NCBI GenBank assembly: GCA_026023565.1
Contig: JAPETS010000014.1
Coordinates: forward strand, 620,001-683,666
Reading direction: 5' to 3'
DNA length: 63,666 nucleotides
Source of the DNA: Cirrosporium novae-zelandiae
Taxonomy: Eukaryota
Made by a program: the position numbers and the translations under genes. How positions within the stretch are numbered: the stretch's first letter is position 1; the number at the start of each line of letters is the position of its first letter. The notes under the pieces are model-generated. The model was not told the DNA's origin and made no database searches. It saw only the letters and a program-made list of their open reading frames with translations. Positions 50,769-63,666 of this stretch are shown here, piece by piece.

Positions 50769-53700
50769 GCTTAGATACAGACGGTGTACGCAGTGTTCGA
50801 CGGTGGATGAGTTGGAGGTGAAGACTAATGTAAAATCGAAAGGTGAAAGTGATGGTTCGAAGTGACTTGTGTCGGCGAGATCTTCATAGATTAAAGAATT
50901 GTGAACTAAGGTTAATCGGAAAAGTAATCTTGACCGAAAATTGTTTCAAAAGGGTAAAAGAAGATATTGACGAAAAGAATTGGAAAAAACGAGTGTGTGG
51001 TTGCGTATGCGAAGGAAGAAGGATTGTGAGAGAGAGGTGGTGGTGAGTGACGATGATATTTTGTGCCGATCAACTCAGAAGTGAGATGAATTGAAAGTTG
51101 GGATGCGACAGTCTTTGGGTTTGGTTGATTCTAATTCGATAGAGGACGTGATGGGGGGGTTCATCACGAAAGTACCACTAGACTACCTAGGTACATAAGT
51201 AAACTAAGGGACCAAACTACCTCCGAGGTGCCTAAGAAAAGGCCCTTAAGCAGGTCACTGGTTACTGAGGGTCACTCCTTTTCGTACCTTTTCCCTTCAA
51301 GAAGCCTCCCCCTCCCTCTTCCCATACAAGCCAAACCCCATTCGGTAAATTAGGCGATTTTCCAATCTGCCACGGAAACGCGAGAAATGAGAAATACAAA
51401 ATGCGCCACTTATTTTTCTATATTATTCATTGAAATCTTTTATAAGTGCCTAGGTAGTTTCCAATTATTTAATTGTCAATTGGATCATGTTATTATCAAC
51501 CTTGTCAACAAACTTTGTACAATTCATCTGTCTATCTACTACAGCTGGACAACCTGGATATTACTCAGATGTTGGTTGGCATTATTTTTGACATGGATCT
51601 CGTCAGGCACAGCCCCTGCTTCGGATAGCTAGCCTGAGACAACTCAGTGGGTTTCGCAACACCCAACTTCGTAAGGACTCATCCAACCTCAGTAACATCC
51701 AAGGACACAATCATGCAAAGATCCAAAAATACCATGCTTTCTGGTTAGATGTTTCCGAGGATGAATATTTTATGCCCTGTTATGATACATTCCCCCAATT
51801 ATTTAATAATCCTGGGTTTGATCTAGTGGTCGATTATAACAGTCATGCAAGATCGATATCTTGATAGTCTTTCCATCCGACCCCGAGACATGCATAACAA
51901 CCAGCCATATCCTTCCGTTGAATCTCCTTAGGGACAAAGGAAATGCAGACAATGTGAATTGTTTTATTTTACAACTGTCCCATGGAAGTTTCACCTCGTT
52001 TTGCCTTGCTTTACAAATCATTCGCTTGATCTAGATCTTGCCGATGATTTGTGGAAAGACCGGATAGATATATTCCAGCCTTTATTCAATATTTCCAACT
52101 TGTAATAAGCAAACCCAAGTCAGATTTCGTCAATGATTTTTCTTTTGGTCCACACAATTTACAGATTTCTGCTTAAACCTTTTGTCCAGGACATCATTTA
52201 TTTTCTTTGAGACTGGCTCCCAAGTGGCTTACATTGCCAATACTTGCGAGTCTGGATAAGACATTACAGGATTTCTTTTGTTGTTTGTTCAGATTTCTCT
52301 TGCCGTTAAGAAGCTATGCAAAGTGGATATAAAATCCCCATTGCAGCTTCACCCTTCACCTAATCGACGTCCGCTTAAGCTTCTCTCTTAAATTTCAGCC
52401 ACAGTGCAATTATCCCTAACAGAAGGTAAGAAATGTGTGGCACGGGACGGCTGGCTGGCTGGCTCGTACGTAAACGAACTTCCAAACCTCGAAATCAAAA
52501 CTCCGTGGTTGCCCTAGGAACAAGGAGGGGTGCTGGGGTTAGTTGGCGTCCGCCAAGAAGGAAACCTGCAGCTTTCCCTCTTTGTGGCTGTGACCATGGT
52601 GCTTTCATGGAAGTTTGATGGCACGTATATCCATATTCTTTTTGTCCGATAGTATCCAGTTAGGCTTCTGGTTTTGTTATGGAATTTAATGACCAGCTTG
52701 ACCTTCTTGTCGTGAAAGATGGAAGGATAAAGTCATCTACTGAAGTCGTGAACGCAGACATGGATATAGACCTTTGAGACCCTTGAGCATTCGATGCATC
52801 TGAAATATCAAAAAGACATAAATGGAAAGCGGATACTTGAAGGAATAACCCATTATTTATATATTGAAACATTCATCCATAGCCAACCAAAGAACTTTAT
52901 CACACTCAGGTTTTAATAATCATACCATCACCAACGCTTTTTCCGCATCTTCCGGACTTTCAAAGCTTTGCATTTCGAATGCCCTTTTATTATATCCTCT
53001 AGTTAATGTTCAGCTCAAGATATCCATCAATCCATCCATCTATCCATCCAGCTCTCCATCCAGCTCTCCAACAATTCCATCCTCCAAACATTTCCTCCCG
53101 TTCCGCTATCCACCACCCAACCCCCTTAAAACCTACTGTCTACGCCACCAAACAACGGCAGTTTGATAAATATCTAATCATTTATTATCCTTACCATTAA
53201 AAGAATCATACCAAGAAAAATCATAGAATTAATATATTTCTTATCCATTATTAGTATGTATGCATGAAATGTATGTGTTGCTAACCTTGACCTTGACCCC
53301 TAGCCCTGACTTAAAAACGATGGCGATACACTTAAGCCAATCCCGGGATTTGGTTTGATTTCGGAGTGTAGAGTGTTAGTCCCTCATAGTGATAAACCTA
53401 GGTCAGTTGACCCTAGAAATATATTCTAGAATATAACAACATGCTACTGCAACATGGAGGATAGATGTCGGGACCATCCAGACGCTAGATACCTAGATAG
53501 TATATGGAAGCATGTTACGGTGGAATGATTCTGGATGTCTAAAGAAAGGGAAAAAGGAAGTGTGGTATTGGATTTCGACTAAATTTGAGGTATGGGCTGC
53601 CCAAGGAAATCTAGCCTTGAGAGAGTTCTCGGACAAAGAGGATGCATATATTGCTTACATTAAAACACGAAGTTGGATAGTCTTGGACGACATAAACTAG

Positions 53701-54465
53701 AGTGGGGTACCCCAGCCAGAAATCCACAAAGGACAGATATCATTAAAAAAAATGGAAATAAAAGGAAGATGAAGGATAACATAATTATATTGGAGGTATC
53801 CACTTCGCTGGTGCTCTTATTACCTTTCAATAGGCAATAAACAGGAGCGTTAGCAATAATGTCGTGTGGATAGTAATCCTTCCATGCATAACATTTTCAA
53901 GGCATGATATTAGTTATTATTTAGAGCAATCTCACTTTCAAGCTATCAAAGTAGAAGGAGATGAATCTTGGGGCATGAACTGGAGGCCCGAGTTACCTAA
54001 ATAAGCGAGGTGTGTAGATATAGAATTAGCGGTGTCACTATTTAACTTTCTTTTCTCCCAACAACCGTGGCCGACCCGATGGCTGTTGGATCATTGTGCA
54101 TTCACAAGAGAACATGTGGAAAATGACCAACGAGGCCCATGAGAGTTTCAGGCCTCTCGTCACATACTTCTCCACCTTCCCCGGTTCTTAATTTTCAGCC
54201 AATTGCTTACAGTGAAATCCACTAGAATCCCCTCGCACACAGGACTAACCCCAGGGCTATTTATGCAATATCCACCATGATGCGTTGGAAAACCATCCGT
54301 TGTAGATTGGGCAGATCCATTCCTACCTTATCCCAGAGCTGACTGGTAGGTGGGTCGATGCATCTCAAGCTACCAACAAAGCATTTTTCGAGATGGGGTT
54401 TTCAGACCTCAAAAAAGTTTTTGTCCTGAAAAGCGACCTGGATATTACTCTTGTTCGGTGTCATC

Positions 54466-56480
54466 ATGTCTTTCAGCACCTTCACCCCTAGTAGCCACAA
54501 GCATTCTCCAAAAACTTCGCTCAGCAACTTATCGATAAGCAAGTCTGTTGCACCAAAAGATTTGACTTATAATACTGCAGATGCATTCCTCGAAGCATTG
54601 GCGGAGGTTCGTTTGAAGCAATACTTCAACTACTGGTGGCTAAAGCTAACAAAACCATTTGCATCTGTAGGCCGATGTGGACTATTTGTTCACCGTTCTC
54701 GGTTCTGATCATGCCAGTATTATTGAAGCGTATATACGGAGGCAAAAGTTGAAGAAACTGTTTCCGAAAATGATGGTTTTCCTTCATGAGGTCATTACTA
54801 CCTGTCTCCACCCGTATCAATGCTACAGGCTGACGTGATGGTTCTTAGTTTACTTGCATATCTGCAGCCGACGGATTTGCTCGAATTACTCAAAAGCCTG
54901 CCTGTGTGATCGTCCATGTTGACGTTGGTACCGCGGCACTCGGTCAAGGACTTCACAATGCTTCAACTGGACGCGCTCCCATCTTGATATTTGCTGGCTT
55001 AGCACCTTATACCTTCAAGGGAGAAGTACCTGGTTCTAGAACAGAACATGTTCAATGGTATCAAGACGTCCCTAACCAGGCATCAATTATAGCACCATAC
55101 AGCCGCTACTCGGCAGAGATCAAATCTCCCCTTCACGTCAGATCAATAGTGAAACGTGCTCTACTTATGGCTACTACAGGGTCCCCAGGCCCGGTATACT
55201 TGACAGCCACGCGAGAAGTTTTGGCAGAAAAATGTGAACCCAGTCCAGCGTGGCAGAAGTTGGATATTCCTTGTGGACTTGGTCCTTTGCCAGAACAGGC
55301 TGTGAACATCATTGGAACTGCTCTGCTGAATGCCGAATCCCCTTTGATAGTGACAGGATACCTTGGGAAAGACCATCAAGCAGTGCAGGATCTAGTTGCT
55401 CTTGCCGACCTTGTTAAGGGCGTAAAGGTATTAGATAGCGAAGCTCGCGAGATGTCTTTCCCTGCAAATCACCGTGCCTGGATAAGTCCTTCCACGGGGG
55501 CTAAGAAAGCAATTGAGACTGCAGATGTCATCTTAGTTATTGACTGCGATGTGCCTTGGATACCAACAAAAGCCATGCCGAAAAATGCCACAATCTTTCA
55601 CATTGATTTAGATCCAAGAAAGGATCGAATGCAGATGTTTGAAATTGATGCTACTGCGACCTATAATGCTGATTCTGGTCAATCACTCCGTCAATTGTGC
55701 AAGTTTATCTCCTCATCCAGTCTTTTAAGTGGGCGCCAGGAATTTTTTGCCCGCCGTTGGGATGACCTTGAAAAATCACATCGAGAAGGTGTAAAGACAA
55801 TTCTTGGTCGGGCAACAGCATCACACCCCCAGTCTCCTCCCACTGTTGATTATCTCTTCCGTGCAGTTCGAGAAGTTGTTCCTGAGGACACCATCTTCGT
55901 CACGGATGCCGTCACAAATCAAGTTCCAATGGTCGAACAGCTCCAGCTTACGATCCCTGGTTCCCATATCTCGAAGGGTGGTAGCGGTCTAGGCTGGGCT
56001 GGAGGAGCTTCTGTTGGAGTAAAACTTGGTACAGAGCTTTACGATGTTCAGAATCGTCCTAACCTCACGAAAGTGGAAGAAGGCAAAGGGACGAAATTCG
56101 TCTGTGAGATTATTGGTGACGGCAGCTTTACTTTTGGCGCACCCACGGCGGTATATTGGGCAAGTCGCCATTATAAATGCCCATTCTTGACAATTATTAT
56201 TGATAATGGTGGATGGAGGGCTCCACGGCAATCTATCAAAGATGTTCATCCAAATGGAATGGCTGCCGTGGCTACAAATATGGAGCTTGGCATTTCACTA
56301 GAAGCAGATGGTCCTGACTACTCGGCCATTGCAAAGGCCGCAGCTAATGGGGAGCTTTTTGCTCACAAGGTTGAACGGGCCATTGATCTAAAGACTACTC
56401 TTCGAGATGCGATGAAGGCGATCCAGGAGGAGAAAAAAGGAGCTGTGCTAGACGTGGTTGTGAAAGCGCCAAGGCTTTGA
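54466..56480 (+). CDS. Thiamine-diphosphate-dependent enzyme (acetolactate synthase / decarboxylase-like)
   Basis: Introns 54607-54670 and 54791-54848. ADAFLEALAEADVDYLFTVLGSDH, catalytic HE, AADGFAR, VHVDVGT, ThDP motif IIGDGSF...IIIDNGGW. Confidence 0.92.
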
Positions 56481-57772
56481 TATCACAGTATATTGTTGAC
56501 AGGGTAGGCTTGATAAAATAATGCAATATAATAAAGTGTCTAACCAGTAGATGGCTAGAAAAATATATATTACCCCACGAAAAATTGCCATCAGACCAGA
56601 GGCAAATTAGCCTATTGCTTTTCCAGTTTTAGGTGCATGTGCACATGTAGTAATTTCGGTTCGTATTACAGGGTAGATGCTCCTAGTATGCTTAGGGCAT
56701 ATAGTCTCTAGCAAACATAAGACCTTTACCAATCATGAGAAATAGGCATTGGGTATGTCATGGTTAATTGGCTACATGGCATAAGTCTACATCTTATCCC
56801 GAAGTTTAAATGTATGTATCTAAGGGAAGCTAGGCCTTTATAATATCTTGTATGAAGGACCTGGTGGGTCTTGATTTATGACAGTGACATCTTCCTTCAT
56901 TTTTATTGTCAGTTGTCTGGATAGTTGGTACAAGTAGTGCAGATAATGTGATTTAACTTTGTTGGTTGCCGCTGGACACCGTTGACAGGAGAAAATTAAG
57001 TTGAAAACTAACTTAGTCCCAACCTCCATCCTAGAGCTACTCTATGATGATTTAATTTTATATTTCCATCTTTCTTCTGTTCTTGCTCACCCTGCTTGTC
57101 TGTGCTCATAATGCTTTATGAGCTCGTTTATCGTGCAACGGCTACTTGGGGAATCACTATGTGACTACCATGTGACCGTTGTGTGACCGGGAGAGTGCAT
57201 ATACAACAATTATTCTCCTGCACGAGAGTGGAGACGAGACCCCGCCATCGACAATGATCCCCATCATCCAGATTGCGGTCAAACCCAGATGGATTTCAAT
57301 CCAATTGCACATGCCTCAATATTAGCGACGATTACTTAGCCTATGTACCTCCATTTCTCACAACACTAGCACCATTGTGGACTTTGTGCTCCCTATTTGG
57401 CCTCCACATGCGGAGTGTTAGTTTGGAGTCTCGACCTTGAGTTCAATGAGCTGCACTTAGGCATAGAAAGCATTAGTAAGATTGATCACCTCTAGAGGTA
57501 TTTCTACCGGCCCAAATCAACCAGCTGCTTGGCGAAACCGAAGCTATCGGAGATGGCAGTTGCTCATTGAGAAAATAATGATGGGCTACCAAGGCTTTAC
57601 TGTCTATTTGGTATCCACGTCCTAAGAGCAAGCTACCTAATGTATAAGGCTTCTGCTCTTAATCCAAACGTTTCCCCTTTTCTCCCCGTTTCAATTTTTT
57701 CCGCAAAAGCTGTGCTTTTGTTCACAAGTCCTTTTTATTATACCCTTCTACCTTTGTTCTATCTGAGTTCTC

Positions 57773-59372
57773 ATGACTATGGAGAGTGATAAGCAGCTAG
57801 GGCTTCGGTATGACGTAGAGGAGAAGAAAGCCCAGTCCGAATCTTTTTCGCCGGACGAAGCGTTGATTCTCGATTATGCCGTCCAGGAAAAAAGACTTCT
57901 GAGAAAGCTAGACCTTCGTATCATCCCAGTTCTATGGTTTTTGTTCCTGGTCTCGTTTGTGGATCGAGGAAATCTGGGAAACGCAAAAATTGAGGGCATC
58001 ATTCCAGACCTCAATATGAAAGGCAACAAATACAACATGGCGGTCATGGTCTTTACGCTTACATATGTTGCCTTTCAATTGCCTGCTAATATCGCGTTCA
58101 AGCGATATGGAACCTGGGTATTGAGCTTGTATATGTTTATTTGGGGTATGTATAAACTTCTACAAGTCAGTAGATGTAGTTTGCTGATGCATTCATTCTA
58201 GGAATATGTTGTGTGTGCCAAGGTGTTACTGAAAGTTTTGCTGGTTTAATTGTCTGTCGGCTGCTTATGGGTGCTTTTGAAGCTGGTTTTGTGCCTGGTA
58301 AGATATCCCTAAAGAGTTTCTTGTTACTAGGCATGGAGCAAGATGTAGAGACCTGACAACGTTTCATTTAGGATGCGCGTACTTGATCGGTAGTTACTAT
58401 AAGAGGAACGAATACCTTCGGAGGTATGTTATCTTTTTCAGCGCTATGATGGCTGCTGGAGCTTTCAACGGCCTTCTAGCACGGTGCATTGAACATATGG
58501 ATGGTATCGGTGGCTATGAAGGATGGAGATGGATATTTATCCTAGAAGGTCTCTTTACCGTTGTCACTGCCGTATGCAGCTACTTCCTCATTGTTCCTTT
58601 CCCTGAAAAGTGCACATTCCTCACACCCATCGAAAAGAAATTTATGCTCGAGCGCCTCGCAGCCGATGGCGCCAATGTGAAGAATGATAAACTCCACCTT
58701 TTTACCATGATGAAAGACTGGAAGATTTGGTTCGCTATCTTCGGCTATCTCGGTGCTCAGAATACCGCTAGCTCTATCGTCGCCTTTCAGCCAACAATCC
58801 TTAAATCGCTTGGTTGGTCTTCCGCTTCTGCTCAAGTTCACTCGATTCCAATTTACGCGGTTGCTTTTGTCGTCTCTCTCTCATGTGCCTTTCTCTCCGA
58901 CCACCTCAAACTTCGGTATCCATTCACAATCTTTGGGATGTGTCTCTGTTTGATCGGCTGGAGCATTGAACTTGCGCATGTTCCCCAAGCTGAGCTTCGA
59001 TACATGGGAATGTTCTTTGTTGCTGCTGGGGCGTATACTATGATGCCTATTATTGTTGTCTGGACAGCAATCAATCTTGGGAAGGGATATAAGCGTACTG
59101 TTGGTTTAGCCATGCTAATTGGTCTCGGGAACTGTGGTGCCTTTATTTCTAGCAACGTCTTCATTACCTCTGAGGGGCCTGAATATAAGACAGGTTTCAG
59201 TGTTGGAATTGGACTGAATATGATGGGGGGTGTCGCTGTTACCATCCTCTTCCTTGGGTTGATTAGGGAAAACCATAGGAGGGACAAGCTTCAAACTTCA
59301 GGCCAGGTGCCTACTGATATCCCACTGGAGGATCTCGGGGAAGAACATCCCAACTTCAGGTATCAGATCTAG
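57773..59372 (+). CDS. MFS transporter, anion:cation symporter (Dal5/Tna1) family
   Basis: Introns 58146-58201 and 58298-58371. EKRLLRKLDLRIIP, DRGNLGNAKI, CRLLMGAFEAGFVPG, GGYEGWRWIFILEG, HPNFRY. Confidence 0.93.
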
Positions 59373-61402
59373 ATGTTGGGTGATGGAAAATCTTGTGATG
59401 GAATCCGACTTGACTAGATATTCCATAGCTATAGTTTCGATCCTTGGTAACATTTACCTGTATATTAGCTTCTGCAAGGAGAAATGATCGACATAAGAGT
59501 TAATCAATGTTTGGAGCGATGTGATTGAAGCGTGTGATTAGGGTTTCATTTCTTCACAGGATGCACCTATTTCAATAGACAATTGAGCCAATAAGAGGCC
59601 TGAGTGGTCTGTAGCATTAATACTCGAGTATCAATCTTTGCCGGAAAATTTAGAGAGTTGTGAAATTACACCAAGCAGCAAGCCAAGGACGGTTAGGTGC
59701 AAGCCTCATACATGTATAGCGCTAACACCCCGGAACCTTTAATCGACGACCATTTGTTACTTTGGTGATCCCGACGGCAATCTACCATCATCTACTCCAA
59801 CTTTGATCCTTTCTACAGCTAATCCTTGTTCGTGTTGATCGACCATCTTGCTGATCTGGAGTAGCCGAAACTGTATGCACTGACTATTAAACTGTGCTGC
59901 GTGATGAAAATCCGGAAACCACCTGGCTCACATTTTCATGTTCAATCACTCGACATGGTCATGGATTGCAGAAGGGATAATAGCCATCGTTGATGGCAAT
60001 AATATCTTTTATATATTGCCCAGACCCTTAGGTACGCTATCTTGCACCATTATCGTAGTACATGGGCTAATTATCATAATTAACAGATTTGACATATGAC
60101 CTAATCTGGACACTTGCCTCCCCGGACCCCTTTGTGGAACTGTTGTATATTAAGTTTGATCCTCACCGTCCATCTCTTTTAATTGGACATCATGGGTTTG
60201 GGCTACTGCAATATCTGTTGATGAATTTATTTGGTTTCGCATTTGAACGACCCAGAATACTTCCTACCTCCGCTGTTGGATACAGTAGTATTATCCGTCT
60301 TCTGGAAGAATGAACATTGAACAGCCGAAACATCAATAATATGGATTCCGGCCCAAATCATGTTTTGTAATATCTTATCAAATCTCTTCCGCCAGCATGC
60401 CATTTCAACTCCTGTTTGCCATTCTTGCCATCTATCCACCGAGGTGGTACCCCTACAACATTGGAATTTCTGCCAAAAATTAAAGGTTTAGCTTTTGTCC
60501 GCTATTAAGGTTCCACCAGCCCTACTTGGTGGAGCTGTCAAGTGTAGAGCTATTACTTGTGGCTAACCATGTGTTTAGCCATTTAGTAAAAGGAACAACC
60601 GGCTGTGCGATTTGAGTGGGCTGATATTAATCCATGAATAAAAACTGAGCCAATATGCTTATGATTCTGTATTTTGAGGGCCTAAATACCCAGGAACAGA
60701 AGTCGCAGAGCTGATTTCTCTAGTCTACTAATCACAACACTTCTGCAGGGCTGACAAGCTCATATCCCTATTAACCTTGAACCCTCCCTGCCCCCATTTT
60801 CTTATTCATCATCCGTGGCGGCTACAACAAGTGGATAGCCTGCTAAGATCCACACCGAGTTAGACGAGAGATTCGATGTGTGATTAGTTTTTTATGCCAG
60901 TTTGAGCCATGACACCCATTGACCAAGCATTGGATCGTAAAGTCCCCTTGAATTTCAAATTGCGAGCGTTAGATCTGTTAGGCTCGCCCCTCCGGGCCCA
61001 ACTCAGTGCAGTCATGTATTTTAATAGTGCTTGGTGGGTATCATGATTGCAATCCTAGCCGGGATCATTTTCGACTGCTGCCACTTGCCTCGAGGCGTGA
61101 ACTCAGTTTCCGCTCCAGGCAGCTGGCCAAACCACGGGATTGCAATGCGGTTTGGAATAGGCCAGGGATATCATAAAGGGTTACCAACAGTTATATTGAT
61201 AAATAGATATAGTATGTGATCTCGACCCATACTTGCTTTAAAATATTGAGCTGGACTCGGCGGATAACTCTTGGATATACTATGCTTAAAGACTTTTTTA
61301 AGCAGCACTCCTTCCCTTGGTTGTCCATAAATATATCATTTTTTTCTTATAATTTTAGATTTTTGGGATCCGCCTTGAGGGTTTTACACAAGCTACTCAG
61401 TC

Positions 61403-62977
61403 ATGGATTCCGTGGAAGCTAGGGTGGATAAGGTCCCGAACAAGGGACCTACATTCATTGTCGCTTCCGTTAGCATGCTCTCCATATCTGCGGTTCTGGT
61501 GATATCGCGATTGACTTGGGCATATATGAGGACCAGAAAATTCAACCTATCAGAGTTGATGGTGGGATCTTCACTGGTAAGCATAAATATCTTTCTATAA
61601 TTTTATATTTGTGGACATGTGGACAGGCGTTAAAATGAGGTTGGTCATATATGGCATCTTGTTCGTGGTAAAGATGCTTATCAAGCTCTCCAGCCTTAAC
61701 CTGCAGACGAGCAGACCTCCAAGGGATAGCCTCGGATGAGGGATCTACATGACGTGTGACTATAATTTTCACCAACAATCTTATCATGAACCAAATGACA
61801 TGGACATGGACACAGACTGATAGGCGTAAATAGGTGTTTTGCATTGTCATGACTATCGTGGGATGTGAAGGTAAGATGAGTCTCAATACCAACCCCATAC
61901 AACCCATTCCAGCAAGACTAACATGTTATCAAAGCCACCAACTGGGGCTTCGGAAGACATGCCAAGGACATCAGACGCAGCGGCGGAAATCCCCAAGTAG
62001 CCATGATAGTAAGAACCCGCCCCCCCTCCAACTACACCATCCTCACCAATATCCCCCTAGCTAACAACGAACCCCAAACCCAGTACTTCTACCTCTTCCA
62101 AATCTTCTACAAAGTAGTCATCTGCTTCAACAAACTCTCCTTCCTATTCCTCTACCTCCGCCTCTTCCCCACGCGATGGTTCCGCATCACCTGCCTCTTA
62201 ACCCTCTTCCTCATCCTCAGCGGCAGCTTCAGCTTCACGATCGCCACCATCTTCCAATGTACCCCAGTGCACAAATGGTGGAACAAAAAACACGTCCCCG
62301 GCCACTGCATCAACAACGCCTCCTTCCGCTGGAGCTGGGCGGCCTTCAACACCATCTCCGACCTATGGGTTTGTCTGATGCCGCTCCCCGTGATCGCCAA
62401 GCTGCAGATGGACCGGGCCAAGAAAATCGGCGTCGCCATCGTCTTCGCCACGGGGCTCTTCGTCTGCTGCACCTCCATCCTCCGCATGCGCGCCCTCACC
62501 GTCTCCGTCTCCCTCGCCTCCGCAAACGATCAGAGCTGGGCTGCTTTCACCACCTTCGTCTGGTCCGACGTCGAGGCAAACACGGGCCTCATCTGCGCCT
62601 GTCTGCCCTTCCTCAAACGCCCCATCGCTGAGCTCTTCCCCTCCCTGTTTTCCCGCCACGGTGGTCAGTCTTCGGTGAAAACCCGCGGCCGCTCCACGGG
62701 GAATATGTATGGCATGGGCACGCTGAAATCGGAAAACGGAGAGTTTGATAACCGTGTGGATGTCGGCGGCGGTAAGGTGATTACGTTGGCGTCAGCAGCT
62801 ACTGCGGATGGGGGTGGAAGGAGGGCTAGGAGGGAGAGCCAGGAGGCTATCGCGAATGCGAATGGATTCATTACCATGAGGACTGATATCTCCCTCACGA
62901 GCCAGGATGCCGGAAGCTTGAGCGATGGTGATGATGAGGGGAGGCGGAAGAAACAGCGGGTTCAAAGTACGCTTTAA
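61403..62977 (+). CDS. PTH11-like (fungal rhodopsin-domain) 7TM protein without a CFEM domain
   Basis: Exons 61403-61576, 61834-61870, 61935-62008, 62084-62977. WGFGRH, KLSFLFLYLRLF, IFQCTPVHKWW, GHC, DLWVCLMPLP, WSDVEANTGLICACLP. Confidence 0.9.
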
Positions 62978-62979
62978 TT

Positions 62980-63666
62980 CCTATTTTATTATATCTTATT
63001 CTATGTATATATATATGCTATATATTACGTATAAAAGGAAAGGGCGTATTCCCCACCCAGGAGCCCTCTTTAACCACCACCACCACCAACCAACCAACTA
63101 ACCAACCAACCAGTCAACTTCCTCACAGCCCCTCCCTCATAATGTGTAGATAGGTGGGTAACTATCATTTTAAAACAACCTCAAGATAATCATATAAATA
63201 TTCTTTTCCAGCGGGTGTGCAAAAAAAAAGCAAAAGCAAAAAATCGGTAAGCGAAGATCCCTATTCTATTGTAATAAGTAAGTTAGGTACTGTTTACGAC
63301 GAACAAAGAGACAAAGGGACAAGGGATGTTTATTTGATGAATAAAAGATTAGAAATATATATATTTATTTATTTACTTACTTGCTTGCTTGCTTGCCTCA
63401 CTAATAAGTAACTGTAACTCATATATATATTGTTTGTTTGTATACGCATCACTATTCTAATTCTCTTGTCATGGAGGATAGAGAGGTAGTAGTGGGATCC
63501 AGGGGGAAGGGGGGAGGAGAGTAAATGGGACTAGGGGTTGTGGGTAAATGTGACATGGGACTTGCATTGCATGTTTATATGTCCTCCTCGTCTCGCTTTT
63601 TTGGGGGATGTTATCTTATGGGTTTATGAAGGGGTGTGATAATGCATACATATACCCCCCCCCCCC
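62980..63666. repeat. Microsatellite / low-complexity tract running to the window end
   Basis: (AT)n, (CCA)n, (CCAA)n, (CTTG)n, G-runs and terminal poly-C. Confidence 0.75.

Noticed and set aside
51600..53750. Coding-looking fragments between RAX2 and the ThDP gene
   Set aside because: Frequent stops in all frames and no family I can identify. May be old gene debris, but unsupported without a tBLASTx search.
53900..54850. TPP riboswitch upstream of or inside the ThDP enzyme gene
   Set aside because: No CTGAGA plus CTGAT..GATAAT.CC.GCG aptamer core visible in the leader or introns.
59700..60480. Possible degraded oxidoreductase fragment (PPRWIDG..KWHAGGR, minus strand)
   Set aside because: About 35 aa of vague similarity only, with no cofactor or catalytic motif.
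1..63666. CRISPR arrays, rRNA, telomeric arrays
   Set aside because: Eukaryotic locus with no repeat-spacer periodicity, rRNA signature or (TTAGGG)n array seen.

Overview
Intron-rich genomic DNA from a filamentous ascomycete (Pezizomycotina), with GT-AG introns of mostly 45-70 nt and CTRAY branch sites. About 14 intact genes can be reconstructed by hand: an RGS-like/LOV photoreceptor (5' end outside the window), a DUF3431 protein, a conserved uncharacterised nuclear protein, SSB1 Hsp70, a cytochrome b561-domain membrane protein, SF3B1/HSH155, a Tsp3-like tetraspanin, a DUF3455 secreted protein, the U2AF large subunit, OGG1, a GprM-like 7TM receptor, RAX2, a ThDP-dependent enzyme, a Dal5/ACS-type MFS transporter and a PTH11-like receptor. 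Three accessory segments stand out. (1) At 2.5-5.5 kb, a decayed tandem pair of an amidoligase_2 (COOH-NH2 ligase) and a GGCT/AIG2-like gene lies next to AT-rich DNA with a RIP-like signature. (2) At 15.1-17.5 kb, two lineage-specific, stop-interrupted genes split a microsatellite tract. (3) At 42.6-43.6 kb, a chain of good splice signals has no long ORF and is a candidate spliced lncRNA. I found no rRNA, tRNA, CRISPR array or intact transposon. Family assignments come from motif recognition only; no database search was run.
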